Source of the DNA: Candidatus Calditenuis fumarioli
GTDB taxonomy: Archaea > Thermoproteota > Nitrososphaeria_A > Caldarchaeales > Calditenuaceae
Length of the DNA stretch: 64,000 nt
Reading direction: 5' to 3'
NCBI GenBank assembly: GCA_030059665.1
Contig: JANVYR010000002.1
Location: 321,441-385,440, forward strand
The first letter of the stretch is position 1; every line of letters begins with the position of its first letter. The position numbers were made by a program, and so were the translations under genes. The notes below the pieces were generated by a model, which was given only the letters and a program-made list of their open reading frames with translations, ran no database searches and was not told where the DNA came from. Of this stretch, positions 1-8,316 are shown in pieces.

Positions 1-1
1 G

Positions 2-1012
2 GTGGTTGTCGAGCCCAAGAAGGGAAGCTACCTCCTGGAAAAGCAGCTGGGGCGTGAGCCCGATATCAAGGTCTACCTGATACAGCACGAGGTATACGCG
101 AACGGCCGCGACTTCTACGACGGGAAACCCGCATACGTGATGTTCAACGGACGCGTGTTCCGTTACTTGACCGAGCCGATAAATGCAAGGCCTGGGGATT
201 ACATCCGCTTCTACTTCCTCAACGTCGGACCCAACCTCGTCTCGAGCTTCCACGCAGTGGGCGGCATATGGGAGTACGTTTACAAGGGCGGGAATCCGGC
301 GAACGTCGAGGTCGGTCTCCAAACCGTCAACGCCGCTCCTACCGAGTCCTACGTGATAGAGTGGCGCGTCCCCTCAGAGGGCAACTTCCTCATCGTGTCG
401 CACGCCTTCGGGACGCAGGCCATCAAAGGAGCAGTGGGGGTGATCGCTTCGTCGGCCAACTCCACGCGTACGCCGGTGGTCCTCCCCATCGGCCCGGTCG
501 AGAAACCCCCTGCTAGTCCGAAACGCGTAATCGCACCCTTCGAGCCAGGCATGCCAGAAGACAACAGGACCTTCTTCCCCGGGGAGAAACCGGTCATACA
601 GATCGTGGGTAACAGCTTTTACCCGAAAGTCGCACGCGTGCCTGTCGGTTCGACGGTAACTTGGGTCAACGAGGACGTCCTCAGCCTCGGCGCGGGTGAG
701 CTAACAGGACAGCACAACATAGCAGTAGTCACGGGCCCGGCGTCCTTCGCCTCACAAATCCTGAAGCACGCCGAGCAGTTCAGCCTCCAAATCGAGAAAG
801 AGGGCGAATACGATTACATCTGCGGCATACATCCGTACATGAAGGGGGCGCTCTTCGCATATACGGTTTCTTCCCTGCCAGCGTGGGGCAGGCAGGCCGC
901 CGGGTTCAGTTTAGATCTGACGGCATTAGTTGCCTTCCTAGTCGGACTCGGAGTGCTCATCTCGCTGCTTTACGTTGAGCGGAGGACCAAGAAGGGGCAT
1001 GAGGGCAGCTGA
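2..1012 (+). CDS. Cupredoxin-domain (type-1 copper, HxnC..H..M) protein, 5'-partial at window edge, C-terminal TM anchor
   Basis: ORF runs in from the window start. C-terminal HNIAVVTG...YDYICGIHPYMKG motif is a blue-copper ligand pattern, followed by a hydrophobic helix. Confidence 0.55.
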   Translation: MVVEPKKGSYLLEKQLGREPDIKVYLIQHEVYANGRDFYDGKPAYVMFNGRVFRYLTEPINARPGDYIRFYFLNVGPNLVSSFHAVGGIWEYVYKGGNPANVEVGLQTVNAAPTESYVIEWRVPSEGNFLIVSHAFGTQAIKGAVGVIASSANSTRTPVVLPIGPVEKPPASPKRVIAPFEPGMPEDNRTFFPGEKPVIQIVGNSFYPKVARVPVGSTVTWVNEDVLSLGAGELTGQHNIAVVTGPASFASQILKHAEQFSLQIEKEGEYDYICGIHPYMKGALFAYTVSSLPAWGRQAAGFSLDLTALVAFLVGLGVLISLLYVERRTKKGHEGS

Positions 1013-1607
1013 GCTGGCGCTCATTTTCTCGCTCATCGCCTCGCTGACGGCCTTTCTTCCCCTCTTCTTCTCGCTGCGCGGCTCACATGAGGCTCTGCAG
1101 GAGAACGCCGCACCTGCAAACTTCATAGCAGTCGGCAAACCTCTTCCCCGCTTCACCCTGAGAAACGTACACGGGGAAGAGATCGAGCTCGAATCCTTCC
1201 GTGGGAAAGTGGTACTGATTTTCTTCGGGTACACCAACTGCCCCGACTATTGTCCTCTCGCGCTGAGGAGATTCTCTGAGCTCATCCAGCTTCTCGGGCA
1301 GAAGTCCTCGGAGGTCGTCATGATCTTCGTAACCACTGACCCCGTCCGTGACTCGCCTGAGGCCCTCTCGCGCTTCGTCGGAAGATACAGCGACAGAATA
1401 GTTCCACTGACAGGCGATTGGGACGAGTTGGCGAAGGTATGGCGAGAATATCACGTCAGAGTCCCCGAGGACGGTGGCAAAGGAGGTTTCATATCGCACT
1501 CTGCAGTCATTTACGTCGCCGACAGAAACCTAGTTTTGCGGGAGATCCTAACACCGGAAATGACAGCCGAGAGCATGCTGGAGCGTATTATGCCACTTCT
1601 CTCTTAG
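975..1607 (+). CDS. SCO1/SenC family copper chaperone (thioredoxin fold, CPDYC motif); true start may be ATG at 999
   Basis: Motif FGYTNCPDYCP plus an N-terminal TM helix; overlaps the end of the upstream copper protein. Confidence 0.75.
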   Translation: MSGGPRRGMRAAELALIFSLIASLTAFLPLFFSLRGSHEALQENAAPANFIAVGKPLPRFTLRNVHGEEIELESFRGKVVLIFFGYTNCPDYCPLALRRFSELIQLLGQKSSEVVMIFVTTDPVRDSPEALSRFVGRYSDRIVPLTGDWDELAKVWREYHVRVPEDGGKGGFISHSAVIYVADRNLVLREILTPEMTAESMLERIMPLLS

Positions 1608-1880
1608 GGAACCGTGCCGGCCTCGAGGTCCGAAGATTACAGGTGCATCGGCATAGACGCTGTGGCCATGAACGTCGACGACGTCGTCTGCGTTGGCGCG
1701 TTGCCCGTAGCCTCCCTCGATTACGTTGCGATGTCCAGACTCGACACCTATACGGTCTCCGGCGTCCTGGAGGGAGTCTTGGAGTGATGCATGGCGTCTG
1801 GCGCGAGGCTGGTGGGAGGTGAGACCACCGTCCTACCGGACGTCTTCCCGGACGAGGGGGCGATGAGCTTAGAGTGCTGT
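1607..1880 (+). pseudogene. PurM-like (AIR synthase-related, HypE/ThiL/PurM superfamily) gene fragment, frameshifted and truncated
   Basis: Frame 2 reads IGIDAVAMNVDDVVCVGALP (PurM N-domain-like) and stops at a TGA. Frame 3 then continues GGETTVLPDVFPDEG. No intact ORF. Confidence 0.35.
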
Positions 1881-2233
1881 CATTTTCGTCCTTGCGAATG
1901 GTCCGCAAGCCCCGGTCTTCTGCCTACCTTCACCCAATACTTGGACCCCTCCCTAATCAGGGGACTGCCTTTTTCGAATTCCTTCGGTGTGAGAGCGATT
2001 ACGTCGAAGCAGAAATCTGGAGGCAGCATCCCTCTAACCAAAGCCACCCTGTCTACGTAGTTCAAGTTTTCGAACTTCTCGGAGACAACGATGACGTCGA
2101 CGTCGCTGTCGACCAAGTGGACGCCCCTAGCATAGCTCCCGAAGAGGAACACTTCGGCCCCGAGCTCTGACGAAAGGTCCTCGAGCGCCCTTATCACCCT
2201 CTCACGGATCTCGTACAGCCTTGGAGACCTCAT
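1880..2233 (-). CDS. Minimal nucleotidyltransferase (MNT, Pol-beta-like) antitoxin-type protein
   Basis: Motif GSYARGVHLVDSDVDVIVV is a GS..D.D nucleotidyltransferase signature. Protein is 117 aa. Confidence 0.8.
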   Translation of the reverse strand: MRSPRLYEIRERVIRALEDLSSELGAEVFLFGSYARGVHLVDSDVDVIVVSEKFENLNYVDRVALVRGMLPPDFCFDVIALTPKEFEKGSPLIREGSKYWVKVGRRPGLADHSQGRK

Positions 2234-2600
2234 TGATAACGACCTCCGAGGTGGACACGGCCTCTATGGCTTGCTCTTCCGTGATCTCCTCCGAGGGCCT
2301 CTCGATGCCCGCATTGGGGTACCTAGCTATTGTGTAGTAGACGGAAAGTCTCGACAGCGCGGCCTCGTTCAGGACCAGCCCTCCTTCCCTCACAGCTCTC
2401 TTATACAGCGCCACCAGGTCGTGACCCCTCGCGTACTCTCCCATTACGTGGAGCAGATATGCCTTAAGGGCCTCCTCCGCTGCCTGTTGCGCAGCGAAGC
2501 AGGCCCAGTTGTAATCTCCCATCTCCAGGCTCTTCTTAGCGTGTCTGAGATCAGCTCTGGCCTCGTGCAACCAACTCTCCACTTCATCCCTGACAGGCAT
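2202..2600 (-). CDS. HEPN domain protein (toxin-type partner of MNT)
   Basis: About 130 aa, alpha-helical. ATG at 2600 (MPVRDEVESWLHEA...). Overlaps the MNT gene by 32 nt. Confidence 0.7.
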   Translation of the reverse strand: MPVRDEVESWLHEARADLRHAKKSLEMGDYNWACFAAQQAAEEALKAYLLHVMGEYARGHDLVALYKRAVREGGLVLNEAALSRLSVYYTIARYPNAGIERPSEEITEEQAIEAVSTSEVVINEVSKAVRDP

Positions 2601-2687
2601 CCGACCGCTTACATCACATTGCGCTCCTTTATTTAAGCGGGGGCGGATTGCGCGGCACGATTTCACGGCTGTCGTGGAACACCCACT

Positions 2688-3050
2688 CTAATCCGATGGG
2701 ACTTCGATCTCGCATCCTTCCAGTAGAGTGGAAACCTCGCCGCAGTCTCTACCCACAACCAACTTTGCAACCCTTCTGTTCTTCGATAGGGCATCGTAGA
2801 ACCCTTCCATGAACAGGACGTCGACGTCTGATGCGGTGAGAAGTTTCAAGATCCCAGCCTCGCTGTAGTCGGTCTGACCCTTGCGTATGACGACCACCTC
2901 GTTAGGTGACACTGTGAGGACTGTCTGAGCCCCCGCCTCTGTGAAACGCCAGCTGTCCTTGCCCTTGGTGTCGATTGCGAGGTCAGCGCCACAATCGGCG
3001 CCAGTCGGAAACCCGAAAGACTCGGTCTGAAAGCATGATGTTGCTCGCAA
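2688..3050 (-). CDS. MobB-like domain protein lacking the N-terminal Walker-A P-loop (possible truncated remnant)
   Basis: DTKGKDSWRFTEAGAQTVLTVSPN and DVDVLFMEGF resemble the MobB core (DKPGKDS...LVLVEGFK). There is no GxxGxGKT. The reported start is TTG and a TAA stop lies 11 codons upstream. Confidence 0.4.
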   Translation of the reverse strand: MRATSCFQTESFGFPTGADCGADLAIDTKGKDSWRFTEAGAQTVLTVSPNEVVVIRKGQTDYSEAGILKLLTASDVDVLFMEGFYDALSKNRRVAKLVVGRDCGEVSTLLEGCEIEVPSD

Positions 3051-3118
3051 AGGGTTTGGAGACGCTATTCGCGCAGCTGAGATTTATCCGAGCGTTGCCT
3101 GGAGATGAAGCGGTCAGG

Positions 3119-3892
3119 ATGAGGAGCAGGGCCAAGAGGGGAACCCTGAGCGTCATCGCCAACAGGCGCAGCATCAGGCTCTTCTCCGATACACCGGTAC
3201 CCGACGAGGTGGTGGAGGTCCTGATAGACGCGGGGCAGAGGGCACCGTGCGTCTTCCAATCCTACACCGTCATCAGGATAACCGACCAGAACATGCGGAG
3301 CAGGATAAGGGAGATGGCTGACGACGACCCGGCGCTCTCGGCACCCGTCTGGCTGCTGCTGTGCCTCGACCTGAGGAGGACCAGGAGGCTGTTCGACCTG
3401 ATCAACGAGCGGAACGTCCTGAGAACCGACAGGCACCCGATCGAGACGGTGGAGATGCTGACAGAGCTCGCGATGTTCGCGGAGAACGTGATCATAGCCT
3501 CCGAGGCGATGGGGCTTGGAAGCGTCCTGCTGGACTGGCCCCTGAGGGACCCGGAGGGCTTCTCGAAGGCGCTGGGATTGCCGGAGGGGGTGATACCGCT
3601 GTACATCCTCTGCATCGGCCAGCCGAGGGAGAACCCGCCGCTGAGGCCCAGGTTCCCCAGGGAGCTGGTCTACAGCGTCGACCGGTACCGGGAGGCGACG
3701 GACGAGGAGCTCCTCAGCTACCTCAGGGAGGCGGACGCAGAGCTCAGGTCCGAGGGATACCTGCGGAAGTACGCAGACCTCGACGTGAGCCTCACCGAGT
3801 ACCTATCGCTGAAGGTGGCCAACACGAAGGAGACGGAGCGCGTCGAGTCGGCCGTCCAGCGGTTCCTGAAAAAGTCGGGATTGACAGTCTGA
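3119..3892 (+). CDS. Nitroreductase family protein
   Basis: N-terminal RRSIRLFSDTPVP motif; 258 aa; ATG at 3119. Confidence 0.8.
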   Translation: MRSRAKRGTLSVIANRRSIRLFSDTPVPDEVVEVLIDAGQRAPCVFQSYTVIRITDQNMRSRIREMADDDPALSAPVWLLLCLDLRRTRRLFDLINERNVLRTDRHPIETVEMLTELAMFAENVIIASEAMGLGSVLLDWPLRDPEGFSKALGLPEGVIPLYILCIGQPRENPPLRPRFPRELVYSVDRYREATDEELLSYLREADAELRSEGYLRKYADLDVSLTEYLSLKVANTKETERVESAVQRFLKKSGLTV

Positions 3893-3911
3893 GGGCCTTC
3901 CGGAGGCTCGC

Positions 3912-5072
3912 ATGCTGACCGGGCACGGAACGGATGTCCAGAGCAGGGCCTCACAGGTCGACCCTCTGAAGGGACCTGAGGTGAGGTTATCACCGAGCGT
4001 CACCGATCAACAAACGTTGGGAGCGCTCGACGAACTGATGCCCAGGTACATCGAGCTCGTCGAGGAGTCGATGAGGAGGCTGCTGCCCATGCGGATGACC
4101 GAGGAGTACCTGAGGGAGCTCACTGGGCTGAAGGGGTTCGACGTGGAAGCGCTGAACGCATCGCTCAGCGTCCCAGCCTGGGACCTCCTCGGCAGAGGGG
4201 GGAAGAGGTGGAGGCCGGTGATGACGATGATGGTGTACGAGGCCCTCGGCGGTAGGGCGGAGGAGGTGGCGGACCTGGCCGCGGTGACGGAGCTCGTCCA
4301 CAACGGTACCCTGGCGGTCGACGACGTCGAGGACCGGAGCGAGCTCAGGAGGGGAAGGCCCTGCGTCCACATACTTTACGGCGAGGACGTCGCGATAAAC
4401 ATGGGGAACGCGCTGTACTACCTGCCGCTGCTGGCGGCTATCAGGAGAGGTTCAGTCCCCGAGCGACTCGTGGGCAGAATCCTGACGGTGTACCTCGAGG
4501 AGATGACTAACCTGAGCCTCGGCCAGTCGCTGGACATCGCCTGGCACAGGTCCCTCTCGGAGCAGGTCGACGAGGAGAGGTACATGACGATGTGCAAGCT
4601 GAAGACCGGGTCCCTCGTCAGGATGGGGATCAGGTTCGCCTGCGCGCTGAGGGAGGTTGACGGCGGCGTCGAGCGGAGGCTTGTCGGGTTCGGCGACGCG
4701 GTCTCGGTGGCCTTCCAGATCCAGGACGACGTGCTCAACCTCGTGGGCTCCGAGGAGGAGTACGGCAAGGAGATCGGCGGCGACATCAAGGAGGGGAAGA
4801 GGACGCTGATGGTAGTCCACGCCCTCAGGGCCCTTCCGGAGGAGAAGTCGAGGAGGCTGCTGGAGATCCTGAGGATGCAGACATCTGACCGAGAGCTGAT
4901 CCGCGAGGCGATACGTCTCATCGTCGAGGCAGGGTCCGTCGAGTACAGCAAGAGGGTCGCGAGGGAGCTGGTGGAGCGGGCATGGGCCGAGGTGGAAGGC
5001 GTGCTTCCCGAGTCGAGGCAGAAGGAGGGGCTGAGGGAGCTGGCCAGGTTCCTCGTGGAGCGGAGCAGGTAG
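3912..5072 (+). CDS. idsA: Polyprenyl (geranylgeranyl) diphosphate synthase
   Basis: First DDxxD motif DDVEDRSELRRGRP and second motif QIQDDVLN. GGAGG sits 8 nt upstream of the ATG. Confidence 0.8.
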   Translation: MLTGHGTDVQSRASQVDPLKGPEVRLSPSVTDQQTLGALDELMPRYIELVEESMRRLLPMRMTEEYLRELTGLKGFDVEALNASLSVPAWDLLGRGGKRWRPVMTMMVYEALGGRAEEVADLAAVTELVHNGTLAVDDVEDRSELRRGRPCVHILYGEDVAINMGNALYYLPLLAAIRRGSVPERLVGRILTVYLEEMTNLSLGQSLDIAWHRSLSEQVDEERYMTMCKLKTGSLVRMGIRFACALREVDGGVERRLVGFGDAVSVAFQIQDDVLNLVGSEEEYGKEIGGDIKEGKRTLMVVHALRALPEEKSRRLLEILRMQTSDRELIREAIRLIVEAGSVEYSKRVARELVERAWAEVEGVLPESRQKEGLRELARFLVERSR

Positions 5073-5074
5073 CC

Positions 5075-6616
5075 TCAGATGGTCCTGGGCCTCCTGATCT
5101 TCCCCAAGCCAGCGGGCTCGAGGTTGAACACGATGGTCTTGATCACCATCATCTCCTCTATCGAGTACCCTATCCCCTCCCTGCCGAGGCCAGAGTCCTT
5201 CACGCCGCCGAACGGGAAGAAGCCGACGCCGTGCCTTGGGTAGTCGTTGATGGTGACCTCGCCCACCCGCAGCGCCTTCGCTACCCTCCACATCCGGTAG
5301 AAGTTGTTGGTGAAGACCGCGGCGTCGAGTCCGTACCTCGACCTCTCGGCGATCTGAAGCGCCTGGTCCTCGTCCCTTATCCGGAATATGGGGATGACGG
5401 GCCCGAACGTCTCCTCCCACAGGACTCTGGCGCTCTCGGGCACCTCGTCCAGCACCGTCGGCTGGTGGTAGGCACCCTCCCGCTGGCCCCCGTGGAGCAG
5501 CACCGCGCCCTTCTCCACCGCGTCCCTCACGAGACCGTTCACGCGCTCCGCCGCCTGCTCGTTTACCAGGGGGCCGATCCTCGTCGCCGGGTCCCTGGGG
5601 TCTCCGAGCTTCCAGTCCTCGACGCGCTTCAGGACCTCCTCGACGAACTCGTCGGCCACGCTTTCCTGCACCAGGACCGCGCTCACCGCATCGCACCTCT
5701 GTCCCGCGTTCCTGAGGGGCCCCTCGACGCACTTAGCGGCGCTCAGCCTCACGTCAGCGTCGTCCAGCACTATGGCGTACGCCTTCCCTCCCAGTTCGAG
5801 GTGGAGCATCTTCCCGACCGCGTGCCTCGCCACCTCCTTTCCCACCTCCGTGCTCCCGGTGAAGGAGATCATGCCGACGTCGGGGTGGGCCGCGAGGAGG
5901 CTGCCGAGGAAGCCGGGCCCCGTGACGACGTTGAGGACGCCGTCCGGCAGACCTGCCAGCTGAAAGGCCCTGGCCAGGAGCAGCATCGAGATCGGCGTCG
6001 AGCTGGATGGCTTGGCCACCACCGAGTTGGCCGCGAGTATGGCCGGTATCACCTTAGCTGAAGGTATGAAGAGCGGGTAGTTGAAGGGCCCGATGGCGCC
6101 CACAACGCCCACCGGCTCCCTCAGCACGATCGCGACCTTTCCCGCCGTGTCGGGCGACCAGTCACCGGGGATGTACTCGCCGCTGACCTTCCTGGAGTCC
6201 TCCATCGCGAGCCTGAGCCTCTCCGCGACGGCCCTCACCTCCCCCGGCGAATCGGATATCGGCCTCCCCATCTCTAGCGTTATCGTCCTGGCGAAGTCCT
6301 CCGCGTTGTCCCTTATTATTTTCGATACCTCCTCCATTATCTCGATCCTGTCTATAGCCGCGAGCGATCTGATCTTCCTCTGGTTCTCACGTGCCGACCT
6401 CACCGCCCGCTCGAGATCGGCCTCGTTGCACCTCGCAACTCGGGCGATAACCGAGCCGTCGATCGGAGTCCGCAGCTCGAAGGTCGACCCATCGGACGAA
6501 CCGGTCCAGGAACCGTCTATGAAGGTCTTGAAGACCGGAACGCCATCAGGCCCCTCCTCGTAGAGCTCCGAGAAGATCCTGCCGAGCTCGAGTCGGACGG
6601 ACGTCACCACGCGCAT
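5075..6616 (-). CDS. NAD(P)-dependent aldehyde dehydrogenase (GAPN-like)
   Basis: ELGGKAYAIV, FTGSTEVG and the catalytic Cys region are present; 513 aa. Confidence 0.85.
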   Translation of the reverse strand: MRVVTSVRLELGRIFSELYEEGPDGVPVFKTFIDGSWTGSSDGSTFELRTPIDGSVIARVARCNEADLERAVRSARENQRKIRSLAAIDRIEIMEEVSKIIRDNAEDFARTITLEMGRPISDSPGEVRAVAERLRLAMEDSRKVSGEYIPGDWSPDTAGKVAIVLREPVGVVGAIGPFNYPLFIPSAKVIPAILAANSVVAKPSSSTPISMLLLARAFQLAGLPDGVLNVVTGPGFLGSLLAAHPDVGMISFTGSTEVGKEVARHAVGKMLHLELGGKAYAIVLDDADVRLSAAKCVEGPLRNAGQRCDAVSAVLVQESVADEFVEEVLKRVEDWKLGDPRDPATRIGPLVNEQAAERVNGLVRDAVEKGAVLLHGGQREGAYHQPTVLDEVPESARVLWEETFGPVIPIFRIRDEDQALQIAERSRYGLDAAVFTNNFYRMWRVAKALRVGEVTINDYPRHGVGFFPFGGVKDSGLGREGIGYSIEEMMVIKTIVFNLEPAGLGKIRRPRTI

Positions 6617-7015
6617 TGCGACATACCATGATATAGTTGTGTTTCGTCCCAGCGGTCACAGGGTGCGCGTCACTGCCCACGTGAACATCGACATCGAATG
6701 AGCTTCCGACTGACGAGGAAAGGTATGTGACAGAGGATACATGGAATGCACTTGAGTCTATCTCGCAAGCCCAGCGATCACCTCGTATCAGGTAACGAGA
6801 AGCGGGATGATCCGTTGACCACCGGTGAACCGCTGAAAAGCCCGAAGGTCAGGATACGACGTCGAGCGGAACTACGAAAACCCACGATTCGCCCGTGGTG
6901 CAGGTGAAGAGTGTTGGACCAGCCAAAAGTGAGTTCGGCCCCTCCTCATTTGAAGGGCCGCTTCGCCGAATACGGTAACGTGTTTGATATACACGCTCGG
7001 CCGTTCAAGGTGTAG

Positions 7016-7453
7016 ATGTCTCCACGATTCGGATCGGATGCGAGACGGTGTGGGTTCCTCAGAAACCTCTACGTCCTGCTCGTTCTAACAGGCATTTCGT
7101 CCAACTCCCTCGCGTTCCTCTATTCCCACCATGTGGTCTCATCTGGCATGATAGCAGAGGCAAGTCCACACATGGGGGAGCTGATGGCGTACCCAATCGT
7201 TGCATGGCTGACCGGGTTCTTGGTTCACATCGCATTATACGCAATCTTATACTGGATGCCCGGGTTATCGAGCCACATCAGGCCTGTGCTAGCATCTTCG
7301 GTTACTGCGATGTCTATAGCAAACCTAACACACGACCTCACCGTGACGCAACAGTCCAACTACCTGCATATGCTGGCCACGCTCATCCCGGCAGTGTTCA
7401 CGGTGACGTTCACGGCAGTCCTGACCCTAGCTTACGCGTTGGGCGACGTCTAA
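7016..7453 (+). CDS. Hypothetical polytopic membrane protein
   Basis: Three or four hydrophobic helices and no recognisable motif. Lies next to a cupredoxin gene. Confidence 0.35.
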   Translation: MSPRFGSDARRCGFLRNLYVLLVLTGISSNSLAFLYSHHVVSSGMIAEASPHMGELMAYPIVAWLTGFLVHIALYAILYWMPGLSSHIRPVLASSVTAMSIANLTHDLTVTQQSNYLHMLATLIPAVFTVTFTAVLTLAYALGDV

Positions 7454-8025
7454 CCCTCGACGACAATGGTTCCGGACATTCCCCTGTCAGCGTGGGTTTC
7501 CGGGAACGTCAGGTCCAATTCAGCGCAGAGGTAGTGATAGGTCCCCGGACTGTCGAACCTCAGGGTTACCGTTTCCGTTTCACCCCTCTCCAACACCACG
7601 TCATGCTCCATCTTATCGCCGACCATCAGCATCGCGGCAGCGTAATGGTGATGCAATTCCTCCAGTTCCTCCGACTTCTCTATCTCGTCCTCGTCCATGC
7701 CCTTTGCCTTTAGCTCGCTGATCTTCTGGTGTAAAGCGTTGAGGAAACCGTCTTTGTCTCCGACCACCATGAACTCGTGCTCAGCCCCTCCTCTGTTGAC
7801 CAACACGATCCTGATGGTTTCCCCCACCTTAGCCCTGATCGCAGGACCACCGGTTGGACCGTTGAAACCGAACTCGTACATCTCGAGCCTGACCTCCCTC
7901 GGGCCAGATGGTGCGAGCAGGATGAAGACGGCCGCAACCACCGCAATCACGACGATCGCAAGCGCGGCCAGCAGCAACACCCTCCTTCCCGACGGTGCCC
8001 CTGCTTTCGCCCCGCTCGCTGCCAT
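7450..8025 (-). CDS. Membrane-anchored small blue copper protein (plastocyanin/halocyanin-like cupredoxin)
   Basis: N-terminal TM helix, then a cupredoxin domain with the H...C..H..M pattern (HYLCAELDLTFPETHADRGM). Confidence 0.7.
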   Translation of the reverse strand: MAASGAKAGAPSGRRVLLLAALAIVVIAVVAAVFILLAPSGPREVRLEMYEFGFNGPTGGPAIRAKVGETIRIVLVNRGGAEHEFMVVGDKDGFLNALHQKISELKAKGMDEDEIEKSEELEELHHHYAAAMLMVGDKMEHDVVLERGETETVTLRFDSPGTYHYLCAELDLTFPETHADRGMSGTIVVEG

Positions 8026-8203
8026 CGCAACAAGAGCACCGTCACTAGATACTTACGATTTCCTCGGAAACACGAAACCGCGTAAAGGACCTGTTAAGGC
8101 GACGATTAGCCAACAGCGCACCAGCGGTGACGGGAAGAGCGTTTCAACAGAAATGAGACGGTCGCCTGTGATGTTCTCGTCATCCTGCGGACGGCGTTTC
8201 GAT

Positions 8204-8292
8204 AGCCCCGGGAGGGATTCGAACCCTCGACCACCGGCTCTCCCGGCCAACTATCATACAAGGCCGGCGCTCTACCGCTGAGCTACCGGGGC
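8204..8292 (-). tRNA. tRNA-Thr (anticodon UGU) with ~17-nt intron after position 37
   Basis: Acceptor GCCCCGG/CCGGGGC, D-arm GCTCAGCGGTAGAGC, T-arm GAGGGTTCGAATCCCTC. Anticodon stem CCGGC/GCCGG encloses CTTGTA[TGATAGTTGGCCGGGAG]A. U33 and A37 are in the right places. Confidence 0.65.
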
Positions 8293-8316
8293 CCTGAAGA
8301 GCGTTCACCTCCGACC

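Noticed and set aside
8204-8292. Intron-less parse of the tRNA with a long variable arm (class II Ser/Leu)
   Set aside because: The putative variable arm GAGAGCCGGTGGTC does not form a stem, and the D-arm is class I. The parse with a 17-nt intron and UGU anticodon satisfies U33 and A37.
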